A stretch of 64,000 bases of DNA from a virus. Its lineage: Duplodnaviria; Caudoviricetes. The notes beneath the pieces are model-generated. The model searched no databases. It worked only from the letters and a program-made list of their open reading frames with translations, and was not told where the DNA came from. Made by a program: the position numbers and the translations under genes. Numbering within the stretch: position 1 is the stretch's first letter; each line of letters starts with the position of its first letter. The stretch is from the IMG/VR virus record IMGVR_UViG_3300038393_003049, positions 6,167 through 70,166 of that record; one strand, given 5' to 3'. Below, in pieces: positions 56,274 through 63,834 of the stretch.

Positions 56274-56326
56274 TCTAAGGAATCTTCGAGAAACCCCTTG
56301 ACCCTCCGGCGGCCGGCGCGCATGAT
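56274..56326 (+). promoter_or_regulatory. Promoter of the tRNA array with upstream operator-like motif
   Basis: TTGACC (56298)-17bp-CATGAT (56321); TCTAA-GGAATC-TTCGA at 56274. Confidence 0.65.
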
Positions 56327-56346
56327 GGACGCAGCGACAACAACGG

Positions 56347-56420
56347 ATGGGCGTAGCTCAACTGGACAGAGCACTGGTCTCCAAAACCAGCCGTTGCAGG
56401 TTCGACTCCTGCCGCCCGTG
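56347..56420 (+). tRNA. tRNA-Trp(CCA)
   Basis: Full cloverleaf; CTGGT-CTCCAAA-ACCAG. Confidence 0.92.
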
Positions 56421-57560
56421 CGCACTACCGACCGGTTCCGAGAGGGCGACGACGGTACGTGATCGAGCATTGACAACTCCACAGCGGATACGAAGAAACT
56501 GCCGGGGCGCCATCCCCGGTCACCGGGCCATCGGCCCGGACAACTCTGGATCGTGCAGCCAAGCCCACGAACACCACGGCGCCGGCAGGACCGGCGCGCG
56601 GCCCGAGAGGCCACCAGGGGCGCGACGGCAGGCACACCAGAGCACATATCGGTACGACGATGGATCAAGCGTCAGGACGGCCTGCGGGTGGGAGCTTCCG
56701 TACGCTGCGCGAGCAGCGCGACGGTCCAGAAGGCCCGGCTGCCAGAGGTTCTGGTGCCCGCCGGAGACGGCGGGCGGGGGCCGTCCTGATCAAGGGTGGG
56801 GCGACTCGCCGTAATCCCACCGCCGGTTCGCCCGGCAGTGGTGCGCGGGAGACCGACCGACGCCGACCTCCAGGCCCTTCGGGTCGCGGGGGGACAGCTA
56901 GGCGACATGCGTGGATAACGCCGCTCAAACGACACTGTGGTGCGCCCACCCGCCCTGGCCCCGGAGGAGACTAGGAGGACCAGTCCTCTACATGGATGGC
57001 GGTGTGCGTGCACGCCGGGGCCACATAGAGCACGACCGCCGACGCGCGGGGCCGAACGCTCGGACCCCACAGCGGGCCGGTCGCCGGACGATCCGGTGGC
57101 CCCGCGCGAGGCGGCGATGGACCGGCGCGATGCCGAGGAACCCTTCTCGACGCCCTCGGGTGCATACGGGTGAAGGCCACTCCGCTGGTGAGACCGCGGT
57201 GACCAGGTCCCAAATCTCTCACCCGGCCGTGCCGACGGCCGACGCCCCACGGGGTAGGGACGCCTGACCAGCGTCCTATCGGAGAGCTGGCAGATCGGTC
57301 AGGCCCCTCGGGGAGACCACGATGGCTAGAGCCGGTGGGAAGGCGGATGCCCTCCGCGCCGCGACTGGCACTCAATTCTCGGAGAGGGGGCAGCAACCTG
57401 CGGATGGTCGGCCAACGACGCCCGCAGCGCCACCGACCAGTGGCGCCTCTCCGACGCAGCTCCGCGTGCTAGTCGCTCGTGCGCGGTGTGTAGACCTAGA
57501 AGCGACCCCGACAGAGCAGGCTCCGGAGTCCCGGGCGACCTGCGGGGTCATCCCGGGGTA
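56421..57560 (+). ncRNA. Candidate large structured ncRNA (GOLLD/ROOL-like context)
   Basis: ~1.1 kb with no convincing CDS, dense hairpins, flanked by tRNAs; boxA-like GCATTGACAACTCCACAGCG near the 5' end. Confidence 0.45.
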
Positions 57561-57561
57561 T

Positions 57562-57634
57562 CGAGTCGTAGCGCAGTTGGCAGCGCGCCGCACTGGGGGT
57601 GCGGAGGTCGTCCGTTCGATCCGGGCCGACTCGA
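57562..57634 (+). tRNA. tRNA-Pro(GGG)
   Basis: CCGCA-CTGGGGG-TGCGG; C1-G72, A73. Confidence 0.88.
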
Positions 57635-57743
57635 CGAGAGGGAAGGACGCGGGTTCGAATCCCGCCCGCCCGCACGAGCTTGGTAGCGCACCCGGGGCCA
57701 GGGACGGCCGCCCGCCTGGGGAGGCGGCCCGGCCACGGCGGGA

Positions 57744-57814
57744 TCAACGGTAGCTCAGCGGCAGAGCATCCCTCGGAAATTGAGACGGGAGGAGGGCGGC
57801 ACCCTCTCCGTCGC
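57744..57814 (+). pseudogene. Decayed tRNA (Phe-like)
   Basis: Intact TAGCTCAGCGGCAGAGC D-arm; broken anticodon arm and T-loop. Confidence 0.45.
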
Positions 57815-57898
57815 CGCCCGATATCCGCGGCAGGGCGGTTGACATCGGAACCTACGACCAGCGCGTTGTGCTGGCGAGACGGGACCGAATGCCGCACT

Positions 57899-57971
57899 AC
57901 CCTCGCAGCACGATGGACCGTGCGCTCGGCTACGGACCGAGAGGCTGCAGGTTCGAATCCTGTCGGGGGTA
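57899..57971 (+). tRNA. tRNA-Arg(ACG)
   Basis: CTCGG-CTACGGA-CCGAG; C at position 8. Confidence 0.88.
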
Positions 57972-58213
57972 CGCACCCGGGACTGGGCGGCACCGGCCCC
58001 GGAGCAAGGAGCCCACGTCGACTCCCGTGGGGGTGACCGTCAGCCTGACAGGACGGAACGGAGGTCGACCCCGCGACGGCGGGACCACCGACCTCCTGGC
58101 CCAGCGGGATGTGCCGTCCCTGGGTCGAACGGGCCGGGCGGCATGGTGCCCAGGGAGATCCTGGTGACGGGGTTTGTATCTCTTCCCTCACGAAACACCG
58201 CCCGGCTCGGTAA

Positions 58214-58286
58214 CGGGATATAGCTCAGTAGGCAGAGCGCCGGTTTTGGGAACCGGAGGCCCCAGGTTCGAGACCTGGTGTCCCGA
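58214..58286 (+). tRNA. tRNA-Pro(TGG)
   Basis: CCGGT-TTTGGGA-ACCGG. Confidence 0.92.
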
Positions 58287-58394
58287 CAAGCACCAGGCGC
58301 TGGCGCCTGCCAGCTCGATCCGCCCTCCTGGCAGGGGGCGGGACGCCAGCGGAGCTTCATGGCCCGGCCATCCTGGTTGGCCGGGCCGCTCGAC

Positions 58395-58466
58395 GGCCTC
58401 CAAGCTCAGGTGGTAGAGCGCCGCCTTGAAACGGCGGAGGTTTTGGTTCGACGCCAAAGGAGGCCA
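58395..58466 (+). tRNA. tRNA-Phe(GAA)
   Basis: CCGCC-TTGAAAC-GGCGG. Confidence 0.9.
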
Positions 58467-58736
58467 CTTGGAGAAGCGATGGGACGGACGGCCCCGGAGC
58501 ACGGCACCGAGGTGCTGCCGGAGGTGAGCCCGAACCCGGCTACCAGCTTGGACCGACCGGAGGCATACGCGAAGACCCAATCCGTGAATCGGCGGTACAC
58601 GGGATACGCGCGTCATGCGAGGGCGGCGGACCGATTCGCCTCACGCCCGAATGCCTCCGGGGAATCAAGGTCGCCTCGATCCAATGCGAGGTCGGCGCGG
58701 CGAGCGCCGGGACCGGTAGCGGCCGGGCTCGCCACT

Positions 58737-58807
58737 GCGGATGTAGCTCAACGGTAGAGCCGGTGCCTTCCAAGCATCTAGTGCGGGTTCGACTCCCGTC
58801 TTCCGCT
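58737..58807 (+). tRNA. tRNA-Gly(TCC)
   Basis: GGTGC-CTTCCAA-GCATC. Confidence 0.92.
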
Positions 58808-58940
58808 CGTCGGACTGACTCCGGATACTGTCCTGCGTCTCACACGAATACGTACTGTCCGGATGACTGGCAGGCAGACCCTCTCGTACCGCGAGGCGAG
58901 GGCCCCGGGTCTGCGGGGGTGGACACGTCTGCCTGCCTCG

Positions 58941-59014
58941 GCCGCCGTAGCTCATGTTGGCAGAGCGCACCGCTCGTAACGGTGAGGCGAGGGGTTCGAG
59001 ACCTCTCGGCGGCT
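58941..59014 (+). tRNA. tRNA-Thr(CGT)
   Basis: CACCG-CTCGTAA-CGGTG. Confidence 0.92.
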
Positions 59015-59193
59015 CAGGAGATCGCGTCCCGGTAGCTCCGGGTGAAGACCTATCGCCAGGGATAGCGCGATCAGTGGTGCTGGCTCAGTAGGCGAGTCCG
59101 ACCGAACGGTCGCGAGGTTCTGAGCGGTACCCCAAGCTCGGCGGCTCCCCGGAAATGTCGTACCCCCTTGGGACGATGTCTCCAGCAACGCAG

Positions 59194-59266
59194 GCGCCCG
59201 TACCCCAACGGCAGAGGGACCAGGCCGAGATCCTGGACAGTGCGCGTTCAACTCGCGCCGGGCGCA
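59194..59266 (+). tRNA. tRNA-Leu(GAG), short variable arm, C33
   Basis: CCAGG-CCGAGAT-CCTGG; A73. Confidence 0.8.
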
Positions 59267-59342
59267 CGTGCTGGCCGACACGTCGGGATCGCCCCGGCGG
59301 CGGGGGAGACCCGCGACGAGCGGCCCACGGATGGGATCAGTC

Positions 59343-60389
59343 ATGGCGACTGCGAACGGCCTCCGGCCGGCGAGCATCATCCCCAACATCGTCACCCACG
59401 TCGGCCTGGTGCTCGACGCCTCCAGCTCGATGGCGCGCCATCGCGACCGCCTCGTCAAGGCGGTCGACACGCTGGTCTCCCACCTGGCCGCCCGCTCTCG
59501 CGAGCTGGACCAGGAGACCCGGATCTCGGTCTGGACGTTCGCCGACCGGGGCACGTACCGGTGCCTCGTCTGGGATAAGGACGTGCTGCGGTTGCCGTCG
59601 ATCGCGACGCTGTACCAGACCGGCGGGATGACCGCACTGATCGACGCGACCTGCGAGGCGCTGGACGACTTCGGCACGGTCCCGACCAGGTACGGCGACC
59701 ACAGCTTCCTGGTCTACGTCCTGACCGACGGCCAGGAGAACGACAGCGTGCGTGCGCACGCCGCGCTGCCCGGCTACCTGACCCGGCTGCCGGAGGAGTG
59801 GACGGTCGCCGCCCTGGTGCCCGACACCAAGGGTGTGCACGAGGCCAAGCGGTTCGGCTTCCCGGCCGGCAATGTCGAGCGCTGGGATACCACCTCGGCG
59901 ACCGGCATCACCGAGGCCGGCGAGCGCATCCGGCAGGCCACCGACGCCTACATGACCGGTCGGGCGCGGGGCGAGCGCTCCACCCGGACGCTGTTCTCCA
60001 CCGGTTCGGAAGCGGTCAACGCCCAGACGATCCGGCAGGCTGGCCTCGTGCCCCTGCGAGCCGGCGCGTATCGCCTCTTCGAGGTCTGGGAGGACGCCTC
60101 CATCCGGGACTTCGTCGAGCAGCGAATGGCCGGCGCCGCCTACGTCTCCGGTCGCGGGTACTACGAGCTGACCAAGGCCGAGGACATCCAGCCGCAGAAG
60201 GAGCTGGCGTTCATGTCCAAGGTGGACCACAAGGTCTACGTCGGTCGGGGAGCGCGGGCGATGGTTGGGCTGCCGGACATGCACGTACGGATCAAGCCGG
60301 ACCACAACCCTGACTACACGATCTTCGTGCAGTCGACCAGCACCAACCGCCGGCTCAAGGCCGGCACCCAGCTCCTCTACATGGTGTAG
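59343..60389 (+). CDS. VWA-domain protein
   Basis: LVLDASSSM MIDAS motif, GMTALIDA, VLTDGQENDS. Confidence 0.9.
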   Translation: MATANGLRPASIIPNIVTHVGLVLDASSSMARHRDRLVKAVDTLVSHLAARSRELDQETRISVWTFADRGTYRCLVWDKDVLRLPSIATLYQTGGMTALIDATCEALDDFGTVPTRYGDHSFLVYVLTDGQENDSVRAHAALPGYLTRLPEEWTVAALVPDTKGVHEAKRFGFPAGNVERWDTTSATGITEAGERIRQATDAYMTGRARGERSTRTLFSTGSEAVNAQTIRQAGLVPLRAGAYRLFEVWEDASIRDFVEQRMAGAAYVSGRGYYELTKAEDIQPQKELAFMSKVDHKVYVGRGARAMVGLPDMHVRIKPDHNPDYTIFVQSTSTNRRLKAGTQLLYMV

Positions 60390-60436
60390 TGCGAGCGGCC
60401 CCGCCCGGTGCCTCCCCGCGCCGGGCGGGGCGTCAG

Positions 60437-60509
60437 GCCGGCGGGGCGCGAGTGGCAGCGCGGCCGCCCTGTAAGCGGAGGAGTGCCGGTTCGAGCCCGG
60501 CCGTCGGCC
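60437..60509 (+). tRNA. tRNA-Thr(TGT), C33
   Basis: GCCGGCG/CGTCGGC acceptor; GCCGC-CCTGTAA-GCGGA. Confidence 0.7.
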
Positions 60510-60557
60510 CTGGGCGCGACCACGGACGGTCGCGCGAGATTGCCAGGAGGCAGAGCG

Positions 60558-60680
60558 ATGAGCACGAACGAGGGAATGATCAACACTGGCGGGACGACCG
60601 TCATCACCGGGTCGGCGGTCGGCAAGGGCGCGACGGTCGTCATCGTCGAGGCCCCGAAGGACGGCAAGTCCGGCAAGTAG
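60558..60680 (+). CDS. 40-aa peptide
   Basis: AGGAGG RBS; MSTNEGMINTGGTTVITGSAVGKGATVVIVEAPKDGKSGK. Confidence 0.6.
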   Translation: MSTNEGMINTGGTTVITGSAVGKGATVVIVEAPKDGKSGK

Positions 60681-60689
60681 CCCGGACGG

Positions 60690-60766
60690 TCCGGGGTGGT
60701 CTGCTGGCAGGGCCGACGGGTCTTTGGTACCCGGTACAGACGCAGGTTCGATTCCTGCTCCCGGAG
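60690..60766 (+). tRNA. tRNA-Gln(TTG)
   Basis: CGGGT-CTTTGGT-ACCCG. Confidence 0.8.
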
Positions 60767-60796
60767 CAGGACGCGGCGCGTGCCGGCGCCGCACCC

Positions 60797-60871
60797 GCCG
60801 CCGTAGCTCATGGATGGCAGAGCGCTCCCCCGGTACGGGAGAGGCATCCGGTTCGACCCCGGACGGTGGCT
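60797..60871 (+). tRNA. tRNA-Thr(GGT), C33
   Basis: CTCCC-CCGGTAC-GGGAG. Confidence 0.88.
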
Positions 60872-61030
60872 CGCGCGCCCCTCACCCGAGGGCGACGTCC
60901 CGGCGTGGTCCCGGCCGGGCGCATACGGGACATGGCGGTGGGGCGGGTCGGAGGAGACGACGGCCACCCGCAAGTTGCATCGGCTCTGTCGTAGACATCC
61001 GGCGGGATGCACGACCCCCACCGCTACCTT

Positions 61031-61103
61031 GCGGCAGTAGCTCATCTGGTAGAGCGCCACCTTGCCGAGGTGGAGGCGGCGGGTTCGAGCCCCGCCTGTC
61101 GCT
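61031..61103 (+). tRNA. tRNA-Gly(GCC)
   Basis: CCACC-TTGCCGA-GGTGG. Confidence 0.92.
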
Positions 61104-61397
61104 CGTAGAGGTCTGGCTCGGCGCGCTGGCACGTGACCGGGCGGCGGACAGAATCCGTGCCAGCGGCTCTTCTCGCCCGTTCGGTGGTCCACTCCCCGGG
61201 AGGGCAGGAAGGGCCGGGACTTCGTAAGCTCGACGTACCCGACCGGGCGCACCCGGCGGGTGCCGGCCGCGAGGCGAGGTCGGCAGGTGTAGCCGGGGTT
61301 CGACTCCCCGGGTCCGGGTCGCGCCGGGCGGCCGGTGCCAGCCATCGTCATCTGCCGGGAAGCGTCACTACGTGAATAGGGCGTGCACTCCGGATCT

Positions 61398-61475
61398 TGC
61401 CTGCTGGGGGAAATTCGGCAGACCCTCCTGACTCTGAATCAGGGTAATTTCCGCGTTCGAATCGCGGGCAGGCAG
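61398..61475 (+). tRNA. tRNA-Gln(CTG)
   Basis: CCTGA-CTCTGAA-TCAGG. Confidence 0.85.
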
Positions 61476-61485
61476 CTCGAACAAG

Positions 61486-61570
61486 GCCCGAGTGGTGGAA
61501 CGCAGACACGCCAGGCTCAGACCCTGGTGCCCCGGCACGGGGCGTGCAGGTGCAAGTCCTGCCTCGGGTA
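61486..61570 (+). tRNA. tRNA-Leu(CAG), long variable arm
   Basis: CCAGG-CTCAGAC-CCTGG. Confidence 0.9.
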
Positions 61571-61616
61571 CGCGGTCGCCTTCCCGGTGGGAATCCGTGG
61601 GAGGCGACCCAGCAAG

Positions 61617-61698
61617 GCCGCCCTGGCGGAATGGCAGACGCACCCGGCCCAAACCCGGGCGCCCACAGGGCATGGGAGTTCGAGTCTCCCGGGCGGCA
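61617..61698 (+). tRNA. tRNA-Leu(CAA), C33
   Basis: CCCGG-CCCAAAC-CCGGG; long variable arm. Confidence 0.88.
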
Positions 61699-61790
61699 CG
61701 CTCGCTCGCGCGGACCTGAGACATGGTCCGGACGTGCTCCGCGAGCGACCATCAAGCCCCCCCCACCCCGTGGTCTGCGGGTGGGGCTCT

Positions 61791-61878
61791 GGAGGGGACG
61801 CACTCTCGGTGGGTGCAGCCGGCTGCTAACCGGTCGGGATCGCGAGGTCCCCGGTGGGTTCGATCCCCACTCCCTCCG
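61791..61878 (+). tRNA. tRNA-Ser(GCT)
   Basis: GCCGG-CTGCTAA-CCGGT; long variable arm; G73. Confidence 0.88.
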
Positions 61879-61995
61879 CAAGGTCGGGGCCGATCCCCGC
61901 CACCCGAGGTGACCATCGTTGCAGTCTCGGCCCGGACGCGGGTCCTGGCGGCGATCGTCGCGGGTGCGGCGGACCCTGGTCCGCCCCGACCCCCA

Positions 61996-62070
61996 TCCCC
62001 GGTAGCACAGTCCGGTCAGTGCAGCCGCCTGATACGCGGCAGATCAGTGGTTCAAATCCACTCCGGGGGA
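61996..62070 (+). tRNA. tRNA-Ile(GAT)
   Basis: GCCGC-CTGATAC-GCGGC. Confidence 0.9.
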
Positions 62071-62081
62071 CGCAGTTCGAC

Positions 62082-62154
62082 GGCCCGTTCGACCAGCGGT
62101 CCAGGTCTCCGGCCCCTCAAGCCGGCAGCGCGGGTTCAAATCCCGCACGGGCTA
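62082..62154 (+). tRNA. tRNA-Glu(CTC), C33
   Basis: CCGGC-CCCTCAA-GCCGG. Confidence 0.88.
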
Positions 62155-62252
62155 CTATCCCTCTGGCTGGATCAAGAGCCAGGCGACCCCCGGTGGCGGG
62201 ACGGTGTGCGCTATAGGTCACATTCGATCGACGAAGGCGTACGCGGCTACTT

Positions 62253-62324
62253 GCCTCGCTAGCTCAGTGGCAGAGCAGCCGACTCTTAATCGGCGAGTCC
62301 GGGGTCCGATTCCCTGGCGGGGCA
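62253..62324 (+). tRNA. tRNA-Lys(CTT)
   Basis: GCCGA-CTCTTAA-TCGGC; T-loop TCCGATT. Confidence 0.88.
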
Positions 62325-62347
62325 CGTAAGGATGGCATCGTGTCAAG

Positions 62348-62749
62348 ATGCCCACGATGCCGAAGGAGTACGCGCGGACGTATCATCTCGCGCGGTACCA
62401 TCGCCGCCGCGCAGCGGCGATTGAGTTCCTTGGTGGTTGCTGCATGAACTGCGGCATTACGGAGGACTTGCAGATTGACCATATTGATCCAGCCACCAAA
62501 CTGCTTGAGATGAGCAAGCTTTGGGGAGTCTCTGAACCCCGATTCTGGGTCGAGGTCGAGAAGTGTCAGCTTCTCTGCCGTTCGCACCATATCGCGAAGA
62601 CTACCGCTGAGCAGATGACTCAGGAGCACGGCACATGGGCATGGGCTGGAAAGAGGAAGTGCCCGTGCGGCAAGTGTCGCGCGTTCATTAACACGTACCA
62701 GCGGGAGTACAAACGCGCTCGTCGTAAGGCCCTATCGTCTATGGGTTAG
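62348..62749 (+). CDS. HNH endonuclease
   Basis: GGCCMNCG...LQIDHIDP...CQLLCRSHH; lower GC; 3' end overlaps tRNA-Glu. Confidence 0.88.
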   Translation: MPTMPKEYARTYHLARYHRRRAAAIEFLGGCCMNCGITEDLQIDHIDPATKLLEMSKLWGVSEPRFWVEVEKCQLLCRSHHIAKTTAEQMTQEHGTWAWAGKRKCPCGKCRAFINTYQREYKRARRKALSSMG

Positions 62750-62802
62750 GATCTCGGGCCTTCATCCCGGGGGACAGGGTTCGAGTCCCTGTGGGGCTAC
62801 CA
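62728..62802 (+). tRNA. tRNA-Glu(TTC), C33, encoded CCA
   Basis: TCGGG-CCTTCAT-CCCGG; ends ACCA. Confidence 0.82.
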
Positions 62803-62836
62803 AGCCCTGCCGGCATTCCTCAGCCGGCAGACGCCA

Positions 62837-62921
62837 GGAGGGTGCAGCCGGGGCTGGTCCCGGCGCCGGTCTCGAAAACCGGTCTGGTGCAAGCCAGGGA
62901 GTTCGACTCTTCCACCCTCTG
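62837..62921 (+). tRNA. tRNA-Ser(CGA)
   Basis: CCGGT-CTCGAAA-ACCGG; long variable arm. Confidence 0.88.
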
Positions 62922-63082
62922 CGTGTGGGTCAGCTCCAGACTGGCCCCTAGTGCGGCGTTGTCCCGGCCGTGCACCCCACGGGGCAGAGGTAGGCGTGGA
63001 CAGCCGCGTAACGACCGAGGAGATTCCGGCGGGCTGGTTGGCCGGAAATCCAGGTGCCATCTTCTCGGTGGTCTGCCTCTTC

Positions 63083-63158
63083 GCCCGTGTAGCTCAGCGG
63101 ATAGAGCGCCGGTTTCCGGAACCGGGGGTCGCACGTTCAAATCGTGCTACGGGCACCA
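63083..63158 (+). tRNA. tRNA-Arg(CCG), encoded CCA
   Basis: CCGGT-TTCCGGA-ACCGG. Confidence 0.92.
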
Positions 63159-63159
63159 A

Positions 63160-63236
63160 GGCGGGTAGGAGCACTGGTCGTGCTCGACAGCCCCATAAGC
63201 TGAGACAGGTCGGTTCGATTCCGACACCCGCTACCA
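63160..63236 (+). tRNA. tRNA-Met(CAT), C33, encoded CCA
   Basis: CAGC-CCCATAA-GCTG. Confidence 0.82.
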
Positions 63237-63237
63237 T

Positions 63238-63321
63238 TGGCAGGGGCCGACCGTTGGCGAGTCGGGTCTGACTGTTAATCAGGTGCGAAAGCTACCGTGG
63301 GTTCGAGTCCCACCCTGCCAG
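63238..63321 (+). tRNA. tRNA-Asn(GTT) with extended variable arm
   Basis: TCTGA-CTGTTAA-TCAGG; variable region TGCGAAAGCTAC. Confidence 0.78.
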
Positions 63322-63454
63322 CGTAGCCCTGCCGGCGCCTCGCGAGAGGGCAAGGGCGCAGCGATCCCAACCGGTAACGGTCGCTGTTTCATGCACGGGA
63401 TGGAGGCCACCCCTGCCAGCGTGCATCGAGGACAGACCGTAGTGGGGTGGCACC

Positions 63455-63528
63455 GGGCCGCTAGCTCCAATTGGTAGAGCGTCTTCCTTGCAAGAAGAGG
63501 GTTGAGAGTTCGAATCTCTCGCGGTCCA
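63455..63528 (+). tRNA. tRNA-Ala(TGC)
   Basis: TCTTC-CTTGCAA-GAAGA; G3:U70. Confidence 0.93.
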
Positions 63529-63532
63529 CTTT

Positions 63533-63606
63533 GGTCCCGTAGCTCAGATGGTCAGAGCGCCGCCCTGTCACGGCGGAGGCCGCCGGTTCGAGGCCGGTCG
63601 GGATCG
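63533..63606 (+). tRNA. tRNA-Asp(GTC)
   Basis: CCGCC-CTGTCAC-GGCGG. Confidence 0.93.
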
Positions 63607-63683
63607 CAAGGAGGTGAAGGGTTCGAGTCCCGGGTGTGGCCGGAAGGCCGCGCCTATGCGGCTGGGCGGTCGCCACCTTCGAA

Positions 63684-63755
63684 GCCCGGATAGCTCAGCG
63701 GGAGAGCTGCGCCCCTACAAGGCGATGGTCGCTGGTTCAAATCCAGCTCCGGGTA
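63684..63755 (+). tRNA. tRNA-Val(TAC), C33
   Basis: CGCC-CCTACAA-GGCG. Confidence 0.87.
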
Positions 63756-63758
63756 CGC

Positions 63759-63829
63759 GCGGGAGGATCACGTTCGAGTCGTGTGCCGGGCACCGGTCCC
63801 GGTGTTGGTGTAAGCGGCAGCACACCCGC
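63759..63829 (+). other. Circularly permuted tRNA-like fold (3' half precedes 5' half)
   Basis: GCGGG, T-arm, GCCGGG-loop-CCCGGT, D-arm, CCCGC. Confidence 0.45.
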
Positions 63830-63834
63830 CACCT

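Noticed and set aside
56421-57560. RNase P RNA or protein-coding assignment for the 1.1 kb block
   Set aside because: The GAGGAAAGUCC-type P4 signature was not found; listed ORFs lack RBS, codon bias and motifs.
57640-57675. tmRNA 3' end
   Set aside because: Resembles GAC-T-arm but lacks the G3:U70 alanine identity, CCA and a matching 5' end.
60437-60509. tRNA-Tyr(GTA) call
   Set aside because: Stem pairing centres TGT, the acceptor starts GCC as in Thr, and there is no long variable arm.
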